Source: Bacillota bacterium (GTDB lineage Bacteria > Bacillota > UBA4882 > UBA10575). From it: DNA of 64,000 nt. The translations under genes and the position numbers were made by a program. Positions 8,769-16,911 of the stretch are shown one piece after another. The stretch is from contig JAZIHH010000001.1 in assembly GCA_036678685.1 (NCBI GenBank), positions 81,614-145,613 of the forward strand, written 5' to 3'. A model generated the notes under the pieces. It saw nothing but the letters and a program-made list of their open reading frames with translations, was not told the origin of the DNA and searched no databases. The stretch's first letter is position 1; every line of letters begins with the position of its first letter.

Positions 8769-11213
8769 TCAGAAACGTACCGGTTCAAAAACGACATTGG
8801 TAACCACTTCCACCGGCACGGGTTCGGGAATACCGTCATCCACCACATCCAAAGAAACCACTGCTTTGTCCACCCGGAGGATTCCCGGCCCGGAGACATC
8901 GGTGACGACAAAGATCTCTTCCACCACCACCCCGGTCTCCCGCAGAACCGGCGCTCTGACCAGAATACGCTCGGTGACAATGCCCGGACCGGTTACATTG
9001 GTTACCACATCGAAAGGTTCAGGAGCGGACTCTTCACCCCGGACTTCGACCTGAAGGACAATAAGCTGCCGGAGGAAGCGGCCGTCGGGCGACAAGGCGA
9101 AGGAGATATTTTCGATCTCCACTTCAACACTGATAGGCGTATCCGGGACCAGACCGGGTACGTTCACCAAAACCGAGAAGGGAACATTTTCGGTCACCGC
9201 CCGGACCACGTTCTCCCGGTTGACGAAGAAGACCTGCTTGTGAACGAATCCTTCCACCAGAACCTTGTCGTTTGCGATAATGCGTGCCCTCAGATCAATG
9301 ATTTCGCCGCGTACTTCCCGGATTTTTATAGCTTTTTCCGGTAATTCCACCACATTTTCCACGATGATCTGCTGCCGGCCCACGACAACCGCGCCCGGGG
9401 GTACAATGCGGACCACCTCAACGGCCCGTACGATCTCCGGGATTTCTTCCACTTTCTCGACCAGCAGTTGCCGTATGCCCTCGCCGATAACCTGTTCCAG
9501 CTTGAAGAGGGAAAAGTCCCCGGTAACCAGTGGGATCTGAATGGTCTCGGTTACTACCACCCGGGCCTGGAGAATCACTTTTTGTTCCAGGATCCGCTCG
9601 TCAAGCAACTTAAAGAGGATCTGTTCGATCAGGATTTTCACCTTGGCGTTCAAGCCCGGGGCGGCTCCCGGGATGTCAATAAACAAGCTGAAGGGAATTT
9701 CCTCCAATTGGTGGCGTTCTATGTTATCCGTGCTGATAAAGAAGATTTGTTTATGCAAAATTCCCTGGATGATTACTTTATCCGGGATCACCTGGGCGCT
9801 TACATTCCTTACTTCACCCACAATCTCCCGGACTTTGAGCGCCGGCCTTTCCAGTTCGAGCAGGGATTCCTTTAACAACTGTTCCTGTCCCTCGCCGATC
9901 ACTTGTTCCACTTTGAACAAGGGACCGTCGCCCGTCCGGACATGTTCCTGAATAACCTCCGTAACCTTCACAAAAACTTCGATAATTACTTTTTCTCTTA
10001 CTTCCTCCGGTGACAGGAGTTCAAAGAAGATCTTTTCAATAACCGGATGCACCTGAACTTCCATTCCCGGTTCGGCGCCGGGAACATCCAGAAACAGACT
10101 AAAGGGAATCTCCTCTTCCTGGTGACGGGCGAGATTACGCCGGTCGACGAAAAAGATCTGTTTGTGGATAATGCCTTGGACAATTACTTTATCCGGAATA
10201 ATCTCCACCTGGAGATCCCGTAACTCGCCCCGGATTTCATCGACTTTTTCCGCCGGCGTATCCAGGACGACGATATTTTCCACCAAATGTTGTTTGGTTG
10301 CCTCGCCGATGACCGCCGGAAGCAGCAGCAGCGGACCTTCACCCATTTCCAAACCGGTCTGTATAAACTGGGTGACCTTGATAAATATTTCCAGAATTAT
10401 TTTCTGGCTCACCGACCGCCCGTCGTCGGCCAGGCGGAATAGGATTTTCTCAACTACCGGATGGACCTGTACGTTCATTCCCGGTTCCGCACCGGGAATT
10501 TCGATAAATGTACTGAAGGGAATATCCTCTGCCAAGTGCCGGATTACCCCGTCGGTTCCGACAAAGAAGACCTGCTTATGCAGGATACCCTGGACAATAA
10601 CTTTATCCGGAATAATTTCCGTGGTGATATCCCTAATCTCGCCGGTAATATTTCGTATTTTCACCGTCGGCACCGGCAGCCGGGTAACAGGGACAGCCGG
10701 CTCAACCCGGGTCCTCGCCTCGCCCACCTGCACCCGGGCGCCCCGCAAGTCCCTGACTACCCCGGGAGGATCTTCTTCTATTTCATCGGCAGCAGAACCG
10801 TTCATCGTAATCTTCACCACGTTGGGATTGTAGTCCCCGGCAAAATCCGGTTCTGTTGTTTCCCGTTCCGGTGAAGGCTCTTCTTCTTTCACCCGGACCT
10901 GAACTCTTGTGGGGAGTACAATGTTTTTTTCCGCCTCGCCAATTTCCCGGTCCTCTTCCCCCTCCAGTTCTTCCTTCTTTTTTCGCTCTTTTTTAACCGG
11001 CCCGCTCGTACTGTCATCGCCCGCCCGGCCGGATTCGCCGCTCTTTTTTCTGTTTTTCCTTTTCTTCTTTTTCCCGTTGTTCTCTTTCACCAGTTCCTGG
11101 CCGTCTTCAGGGGGTTTTATCTCTTCTTGTACCGTCCGGTTTACCGGGGTCTCTTTTACTTCATCGTCGCCGGGGTTTTGTTGCTGTCTCTCATCCCGTT
11201 CTTCGAATTCCAT
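8769..11213 (-). CDS. highly charged protein with four DUF3794/SPOCS-like repeats and a C-terminal mini-repeat tail
   Basis: ORF 8769..11285 trimmed to the ATG at 11213 (MEFEERDE...), which has an AGGAGGA RBS. About 160 aa of K/E-rich N-terminus are followed by four ~130-aa repeats homologous to those of gene 6765..8624. Confidence 0.75.
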   Translation of the reverse strand: MEFEERDERQQQNPGDDEVKETPVNRTVQEEIKPPEDGQELVKENNGKKKKRKNRKKSGESGRAGDDSTSGPVKKERKKKEELEGEEDREIGEAEKNIVLPTRVQVRVKEEEPSPERETTEPDFAGDYNPNVVKITMNGSAADEIEEDPPGVVRDLRGARVQVGEARTRVEPAVPVTRLPVPTVKIRNITGEIRDITTEIIPDKVIVQGILHKQVFFVGTDGVIRHLAEDIPFSTFIEIPGAEPGMNVQVHPVVEKILFRLADDGRSVSQKIILEIFIKVTQFIQTGLEMGEGPLLLLPAVIGEATKQHLVENIVVLDTPAEKVDEIRGELRDLQVEIIPDKVIVQGIIHKQIFFVDRRNLARHQEEEIPFSLFLDVPGAEPGMEVQVHPVIEKIFFELLSPEEVREKVIIEVFVKVTEVIQEHVRTGDGPLFKVEQVIGEGQEQLLKESLLELERPALKVREIVGEVRNVSAQVIPDKVIIQGILHKQIFFISTDNIERHQLEEIPFSLFIDIPGAAPGLNAKVKILIEQILFKLLDERILEQKVILQARVVVTETIQIPLVTGDFSLFKLEQVIGEGIRQLLVEKVEEIPEIVRAVEVVRIVPPGAVVVGRQQIIVENVVELPEKAIKIREVRGEIIDLRARIIANDKVLVEGFVHKQVFFVNRENVVRAVTENVPFSVLVNVPGLVPDTPISVEVEIENISFALSPDGRFLRQLIVLQVEVRGEESAPEPFDVVTNVTGPGIVTERILVRAPVLRETGVVVEEIFVVTDVSGPGILRVDKAVVSLDVVDDGIPEPVPVEVVTNVVFEPVRF

Positions 11214-11374
11214 GAAGGCGTCCTCCTTTCTCCAACCAGTTTTCCAGCCTTCCTGCTGGTAACCGCACCAGATCTGGATGGACATCCAGACTAGTACATT
11301 ATATGCCGGTGGGGAAGGAGGTGCTTATGGTCGAAAAACTCCCGCCGGAATTGCTTACAACAAAAACGTCAAAA

Positions 11375-11400
11375 CAAAAACGCCCGCCGGGGGCGTTTTT
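11375..11400 (-). terminator. bidirectional-type intrinsic terminator downstream of the CAP-domain gene
   Basis: Hairpin ACGCCC-loop-GGGCGT flanked by an A-run and a T-run (AAAAACGCCCGCCGGGGGCGTTTTT). Confidence 0.7.
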
Positions 11401-11446
11401 GCGGAGGAGCGGCGGTGCCGCTCCCCTTCCCGAAAAGGGAGTTTTT

Positions 11447-12184
11447 TTATCTACCCACAAATAATTGGGTGAACATATTGCCATAAGGTCCGCCGGAGAC
11501 GATTCCCACCCCAAGGTAATTGAACCTTGGGTTCAGGATATTGGCCCGATGGCCGGAACTGGCCATCAGATTGGCATGGGCCGCTTCGACGGTGGCAGCC
11601 CCGGCCAGGTTTTCACCGGCAGTGGAATACCTGATTCCGGCCTCCCGCATCATGTCAAAGGGTGAGCCGTAGGTTGGTGAATTATGACCGAAGTAGTTGC
11701 GGTCGATCATGTCCTGACTTTTTTTCCTGGCCAGTTCCACCAGGGACATGTCCACCCTCAACTGCTGTAAACCAGCCTTCGATCTTTCCTGGTTCACCAA
11801 GTTCACCATCTTCTGCTCGGCGGCGGTCAGGTTGCCGGACGGAGCAGGAGAAGGAGATGGTGGATTGTTGGCAACCGGAGGTTTGGGTTCCGGTACCGGA
11901 GCACTTGGTTGCTGCGGTATAATGATGCGATAGTAATTGCCTTGGCTGGTAGAATTATACTTTGTCGAGTAGTACGTCGAGTAGTTCGATGACTGGTAGA
12001 TTTTTACGTTGCTCCGTACGGTGCAGTACGTGCTTCCAGCACCAGAAGTGCGATAACAGGGGTTGACACCACCTGAGAAATAGTATACACCGGCTGTAGC
12101 TGGAAGAAGTACCGTAAAGACTAGAAGGACGGAGACAATGATACTACCAAGGAAACGGGCACGTAATGAAAGAAACCCGGACAT
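11447..12184 (-). CDS. secreted CAP/SCP-domain protein (YkwD-like)
   Basis: Trimmed to the ATG at 12184 with a GGAGAG RBS. It has a signal/TM segment, an S/Y/N/P-rich linker and a C-terminal CAP domain (NLVNQERSKAGL...GHNSPTYGSPFDMM...SSGHRANIL). Confidence 0.8.
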   Translation of the reverse strand: MSGFLSLRARFLGSIIVSVLLVFTVLLPATAGVYYFSGGVNPCYRTSGAGSTYCTVRSNVKIYQSSNYSTYYSTKYNSTSQGNYYRIIIPQQPSAPVPEPKPPVANNPPSPSPAPSGNLTAAEQKMVNLVNQERSKAGLQQLRVDMSLVELARKKSQDMIDRNYFGHNSPTYGSPFDMMREAGIRYSTAGENLAGAATVEAAHANLMASSGHRANILNPRFNYLGVGIVSGGPYGNMFTQLFVGR

Positions 12185-12354
12185 CGAATACTCTCCTTTC
12201 AGTACTGCCCTTTCCGGTGAAAGAGTTGCGGCAACGATTTCTTCATTGTCTGGAGAAACCGGTGGTTGTCCGCCCTGCACCTCCTTTTCAAGACAAAGCC
12301 GCAACCACTTCGGTTATTATTTTAATTCACTTCCCGGGGGAAAAACCCTTTATG

Positions 12355-12385
12355 TAAATAAATACAGCCCTGGTAATCAGGGCTG
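12355..12385 (-). terminator. probable terminator after the GerE-like gene
   Basis: On the minus strand, CAGCCCTG-ATTAC-CAGGGCTG (8-bp stem) is followed by TATTTATTTA. Confidence 0.45.
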
Positions 12386-12479
12386 CACTCAACTGCAGGC
12401 AAAAGGACCAATTCGCGGAGACCGGCCGTTTCTTCCCGGAGCCGGGAGAGGGGTTCCGGCCGGCTTTCCTGGTTGTAGC

Positions 12480-12725
12480 TCAAATTTCGTCCAGTTTAAT
12501 GATCCCCTCTTTTAAAGCAAAGAGGGCAATTTCGGTCCGGTTCTTTAGTTCCAGTTTTTTACGGATGCTGGTTACATAATTTTTGGCCGTTTTTTCACTG
12601 ATGAAGAGAAGTTTTCCGATTTCCCGGTTGTCTTTACCGGCGGCCACCAGAGGCAGGATCTCTTGTTCTCTGGGGCTTAATCGTTCAAGGAGACCGGGTC
12701 GATGAATGTTCGGTGACTGAGCCAT
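12480..12725 (-). CDS. single-domain LuxR/GerE-family HTH transcription regulator
   Basis: Trimmed to the ATG at 12725 with an AGGAGGA RBS. The 81-aa protein contains LSPREQEILPLVAAGKDNREIGKLLFISEKTAKNYVTSIRKKL. Size and architecture resemble GerE. Confidence 0.75.
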   Translation of the reverse strand: MAQSPNIHRPGLLERLSPREQEILPLVAAGKDNREIGKLLFISEKTAKNYVTSIRKKLELKNRTEIALFALKEGIIKLDEI

Positions 12726-12859
12726 CTGCCCATCCTCCTCTCCAGCCGTCCTTCCGGAATTCCGGCGGGACGGATTAATCTGGTACATGATATGACAAGC
12801 CGGAAAAAGAGGTGAAGGAAGATGGAGGGTGGACGGGAAGTACCGGCCGTCCTCCCGGT

Positions 12860-14653
12860 TTACCGGGACTCTATGGCATTAAACGGGCATTTTTCCATAC
12901 ACAACCCGCATTTTGTACATCTTTCCTGGTCAATGGTATACGGCTCCCGCCGTTCGCCGCTAATCGCCTGTACCGGACAGACACGGGCACAAAGGCCGCA
13001 GCCTTTGCATAACTCCGGAATAATCCGGTACTGTTTAAGAGCGCGGCAGACCCCGGCCGGGCATCTCTTTTCTTTAATATGCGCCTCATATTCGTCACGG
13101 AAGTTTTGCAAAGTGCTTAACACCGGATTCGGCGCCGATTGACCCAGCCCGCAGAGGGAAGAGGAACTAATCACCCGGGCCAGCTCTTCCAGGGTCGCAA
13201 GATCCCCTTCTTCTCCCTTCCCTTCGGTAATCCGGGTCAGAATTTCCAGCATGTGTTTGGTACCGACCCGGCAGGGTGTACACTTGCCGCAGGATTCATC
13301 CTGGGTAAACTCAAGAAAGAAACGGGCCACATCGACCATGCAGGTGTCTTCATCCATGACGATCAGCCCGCCGGAACCCATGATCGACCCGGCATTTTGC
13401 AAGGATTCGTAATCGACCGGCAAGTCCAAATGTTTTTCGGTCAGGCATCCGCCGGAGGGTCCGCCGGTTTGCGCGGCTTTAAATTTTTTCCCGTTGGGAA
13501 TGCCGCCGGCCAGATCAAAAATAATCTCCCTCAGGGTTGTTCCCATCGGCACTTCCAACAAACCGGTATTGTTGATATTGCCGGCGATGGCAAAGACCTT
13601 TGTCCCCTTGCTTTTTTCCGTCCCGATCCTGGCAAACCACGCGGCGCCCTTGAGGATAATCACCGGGATATTGGCATAAGTCTCCACGTTATTAAGCAAA
13701 GTAGGTTTTCCCCACAGACCCTGCACCGCCGGGAAAGGCGGCCGGGGCCTGGGTTCGCCCCTCTTCCCCTCAATCGACGCCAAAAGGGCCGTCTCTTCCC
13801 CGCAAACAAAAGCACCGGCACCGACCCGGATATCCAAATCAAAGGAGAAACCGGTGTTCAAGATGTTTTTTCCCAAAAGACCATACTCCCGGGCTTTCTC
13901 AATGGCCTGTTGCAGTCTGCTGACCGCCAGGGGATATTCGGCCCGCACGTAAACATATCCTTGCCCGGCACCCACCGCATAACCGGCAATGGTCATGGCC
14001 TCAATAATCGAATGCGGGTCTCCTTCAAGAATACTCCGGTCCATGAAGGCTCCGGGGTCACCCTCGTCGGCATTACAAACCACATATTTCTCGTCGCCCG
14101 GGGCTTTCTGGGTGAACTCCCACTTCAAACCGGTCGGGAAACCCGCACCCCCCCGGCCGCGCAGGCCGGAGTCTTTAATCTCCCGGATCACCTCTTCCGG
14201 AGTCATTTCGGTCAATGCTTTCCCCAGGGCAAAATAACCGTCCCTGGCAATATACTCCTCTATGGACTCGGGATTGATTAGTCCCACATTACGCAGGGCG
14301 ATCCGTACCTGGCGACGGAAAAAGTCAATGTCGCGGTAGGACAAAACCGGCGCGGACGAAAGAGGGGAACGGTAAATTTTCCTCTCCACATACCTCCCTT
14401 TAAGTAGGTGTTCTTCAACAATCTCGCGGACATCATCGGGAGATACGTGCTGGTAAAAAACGCCTTCCGGATAGATGATCACGATGGGACCCAAATCACA
14501 GGTGCCAACACATCCTGTTTCAATAACGCGGATTTCCTCTTCTAAACCGTGTTCTTTCAGTTGGCGAATGAATTCTTCCTTTACAGCCCGGCAACCTGAT
14601 GAAATACACCCGGCGCCTCCGCAAACCAAAACATGTGCGCGAAATATTTTCAT
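12860..14653 (-). CDS. NuoF-like NAD(P)H/FMN flavoprotein subunit (HydB/HndC type) with a C-terminal 2x[4Fe-4S] ferredoxin domain
   Basis: ATG at 14653 ([13 protein letters not shown]...). It has an N-terminal thioredoxin-like 2Fe-2S domain, [23 protein letters not shown], and two C-terminal CxxCxxCxxxCP motifs. Confidence 0.9.
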   Translation of the reverse strand: MKIFRAHVLVCGGAGCISSGCRAVKEEFIRQLKEHGLEEEIRVIETGCVGTCDLGPIVIIYPEGVFYQHVSPDDVREIVEEHLLKGRYVERKIYRSPLSSAPVLSYRDIDFFRRQVRIALRNVGLINPESIEEYIARDGYFALGKALTEMTPEEVIREIKDSGLRGRGGAGFPTGLKWEFTQKAPGDEKYVVCNADEGDPGAFMDRSILEGDPHSIIEAMTIAGYAVGAGQGYVYVRAEYPLAVSRLQQAIEKAREYGLLGKNILNTGFSFDLDIRVGAGAFVCGEETALLASIEGKRGEPRPRPPFPAVQGLWGKPTLLNNVETYANIPVIILKGAAWFARIGTEKSKGTKVFAIAGNINNTGLLEVPMGTTLREIIFDLAGGIPNGKKFKAAQTGGPSGGCLTEKHLDLPVDYESLQNAGSIMGSGGLIVMDEDTCMVDVARFFLEFTQDESCGKCTPCRVGTKHMLEILTRITEGKGEEGDLATLEELARVISSSSLCGLGQSAPNPVLSTLQNFRDEYEAHIKEKRCPAGVCRALKQYRIIPELCKGCGLCARVCPVQAISGERREPYTIDQERCTKCGLCMEKCPFNAIESR

Positions 14654-14664
14654 CTTGGCTTCCC

Positions 14665-15216
14665 TCACAATTCATGTTCTAAAAATTCCGCCAGTTCTTT
14701 TTTTACCTCCCGGCGCAGGTAGTTCAGTACCACCGGATTGGTGATGTCAACTTCTTCCAAAACCCTTTTTATTTCCCGCGTGTCAAGCTTGTACTCCTTG
14801 CCGTTTCGCCGGTGATGGTAGATAAAATCCACTTCCGGATTGCCGGCAATTAGCGTCAGGAGTGTCTCCGCCATATCTCCCAGCGGGGGCCTGTCCCAGT
14901 GCCGGAGACCAAAAACCGCGCTGATCCGGGTTCCCCCTCCGGAGACCGGCTCCACCACCAGGTGCCCTCCGGTCCGGCAGGCGGCGGCCTGGAATAGCGG
15001 GAGCCCGAGTCCCACCCGCCTGGTGGTACGGGTGGTGTAGAAAGGATCAAGGACCTTTTGTCTGTCGGCCGCAGGAATTCCTTTTCCGTTGTCTTTAATT
15101 TCCACTTGCAACAGGTCTTTCTCCGCTTGCTCGACAATGCTGATCTCCACCAACCGCGCCCCGGCCCGTAACGAATTTTGTACCAAGTCCAAGATATGGA
15201 GGGAAAGATCCTTCAT
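14665..15216 (-). CDS. stand-alone GHKL/HATPase_c domain protein (no DHp or His phospho-acceptor domain)
   Basis: 183 aa with an N-box [14 protein letters not shown]1 DNGKGI and G2 GLGLPL. It is wedged between the NuoE-like and NuoF-like genes. Confidence 0.75.
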   Translation of the reverse strand: MKDLSLHILDLVQNSLRAGARLVEISIVEQAEKDLLQVEIKDNGKGIPAADRQKVLDPFYTTRTTRRVGLGLPLFQAAACRTGGHLVVEPVSGGGTRISAVFGLRHWDRPPLGDMAETLLTLIAGNPEVDFIYHHRRNGKEYKLDTREIKRVLEEVDITNPVVLNYLRREVKKELAEFLEHEL

Positions 15217-15272
15217 TTTCCTGTCTCCGCCCGTGGTTTGTACTAATTTTCACAAACACCGGCCGAAAAAAA

Positions 15273-15764
15273 TCATTTGTAACGTGCCAAAATTTCGGGG
15301 ATTTTGTCCGGCGTCAACCGGCCGTAAACATCATCCCCGATGGTAATCACCGGGGCCAGTCCGCAGGCGCCCACGCAACGGGTGGTGTCCAGGGTAAAAA
15401 GACCGTCACGCGTGGTATTGCCGTCCGTAAGGTTCAAGGTTTCCTTAATCTTGTCTAAAATCGCGGACGCGCCTTTAACGTAACAGGCCGTCCCCAAACA
15501 GACACCGATCGTATATTTACCTCGCGGTTCCTGGGAGAAAAAGGAATAAAAAGTAATCACCCCGTAGACTTCACTCAAGGGAATGCCCAACCCTTCCGCG
15601 ATTCTCACCTGTACGTCCCGGGGCAAATGGCCAAAGAGCAATTGCGCCCGGTGGAGCACGGGGATTAAAGCGCCCGGCTTCCCTTTGTATTCTTGCAACA
15701 GGTTGTCAAGTTCGCGGTATTTATCTTCATGGCAACATCCCCGGCAAGCAACTTCTGTCATCAC
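15273..15764 (-). CDS. NuoE-like [2Fe-2S] subunit (HydC/HndA type)
   Basis: 163 aa containing ...GKYTIGVCLGTACYVKG...TTRCVGACGLAPV... Confidence 0.9.
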   Translation of the reverse strand: MMTEVACRGCCHEDKYRELDNLLQEYKGKPGALIPVLHRAQLLFGHLPRDVQVRIAEGLGIPLSEVYGVITFYSFFSQEPRGKYTIGVCLGTACYVKGASAILDKIKETLNLTDGNTTRDGLFTLDTTRCVGACGLAPVITIGDDVYGRLTPDKIPEILARYK

Positions 15765-15862
15765 CTTTGCCTCCTTACTTTTCTATACCGCTCCCAACTT
15801 AGATTATCACTTTTCACTGTTTGTTACAATTAAACTACGGTCATTACTTTGTTAGAAAATTG

Positions 15863-16570
15863 TTAAGGAACCGGGAGTAGTGACAACAACTGGTCCCAGC
15901 AGGCGGCTTCGAGGTTAAATACGGTTCTTCCGCGGCCGATTTCCTCGGGACGATGGGCATCCGACGAACAGATAAAACAATAGCCCGGAAACTTCGCTTG
16001 CAGTTCTGTTCCGTCGTCACCGGCGGAAATCTCCAGCACTTTCCGGGGAAAGCAAGCCGGCAGCATACCCAGTTGGGAGAGGAGACTAAAGGAAGGGCGC
16101 ATGATATGGGCGGGATAAACCAGACCGCCCAGGGCCGCGACTTGGGCCACCACTTCCTCCAAGGAAAATGCGGTAGAGTTTAAGAGCAGGATTTTCTCTT
16201 CACCGATACAATTTCCTTCTTCATCCACCAGCATTTGTTGGCCGAAGTACTCCGGGCGGTTGACTACCGGCGGCAAACTCTTTTTAACCATCTCCCCCCA
16301 AGCCATGGCCGGTTCCAGCGCGGGAAAGAGACAAACCAGATGAACCTCTTCCCTGGTCTGTACTTCCATCCCGGGAATAACCCACAGATCCGGCGGGGGA
16401 GACGATAAAAAAGCCGGCAGGTTTCCCGTACTGTTATGATCGGTGATGGCAATGATTTTCAAGCCGGCTTCCCGGGCCCGGGAAAATATCCGGGGCGGGT
16501 CCATTTCCCTCTCGGCGCACGGGGAAAGGGCGGTATGGATATGAAGGTCGGCCGGAAAAAACGGACTCAT
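15863..16570 (-). CDS. PHP-domain metal-dependent phosphoesterase
   Basis: 235 aa with ADLHIHTALSPCA and ITDHNS, which are PHP metal-ligand motifs. Its start overlaps the upstream stop by 4 nt. Confidence 0.75.
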   Translation of the reverse strand: MSPFFPADLHIHTALSPCAEREMDPPRIFSRAREAGLKIIAITDHNSTGNLPAFLSSPPPDLWVIPGMEVQTREEVHLVCLFPALEPAMAWGEMVKKSLPPVVNRPEYFGQQMLVDEEGNCIGEEKILLLNSTAFSLEEVVAQVAALGGLVYPAHIMRPSFSLLSQLGMLPACFPRKVLEISAGDDGTELQAKFPGYCFICSSDAHRPEEIGRGRTVFNLEAACWDQLLSLLPVP

Positions 16571-16911
16571 TTTCCTTCCTCTAATAACGCCCGGTAGAGG
16601 CGGCCGGCAGTCTCAAAGGTCGGCAAGGAAGTAGCCAGCAAGACAATGCCTTCCGCCCGCGCCCGTTCCACGGTGGAAGGATCGGGCGTACTCCCGGCGG
16701 TAAATAAAACAGCGGCCAAATTTAACAGCAAAGCTACGGCCGCTACGTTGGTGTGGGTCTGAATGGTCAACCAGACCTGCCCTTCTTCCGCATGCCCCAT
16801 GACGTCGCTGAGTAAATCGGAAACATATACTCCCCGGCAGACCCGGTCCATTTTATCTTCACCGGTAATAACCCGGGCGGCGGTTATTTCCACTACTTTT
16901 TGTAAATTCAC
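16567..16911 (-). CDS. DRTGG-like domain protein
   Basis: 114 aa, paralogous to gene 18712..19080. I recall this family accompanying hydrogenase regulatory clusters. It overlaps both neighbours by 4 nt. Confidence 0.55.
   Translation of the reverse strand: MNLQKVVEITAARVITGEDKMDRVCRGVYVSDLLSDVMGHAEEGQVWLTIQTHTNVAAVALLLNLAAVLFTAGSTPDPSTVERARAEGIVLLATSLPTFETAGRLYRALLEEGK

Noticed and set aside
6765-10742. Periodic ~390-bp DNA repeats that could be mistaken for a CRISPR array, satellite or mobile repeat
   Set aside because: The repeats are long, diverged, in-frame and encode a conserved protein module. There are no short direct repeats with unique spacers and no cas genes.
8697-10833. Several 130-220-aa plus-strand ORFs (8697..9344, 9468..9951, 10162..10874) opposite the repeat-protein gene
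   Set aside because: They are antisense shadows of a repetitive coding region. Their periodicity simply mirrors the sense-strand repeats.
13139-14281. Long plus-strand ORF (380 aa) antisense to the NuoF-like gene
   Set aside because: It is a shadow ORF in a GC-rich coding region. The product is low-complexity (G/P/R-rich), there is no RBS, and the opposite strand encodes a complete, motif-rich NuoF homologue.
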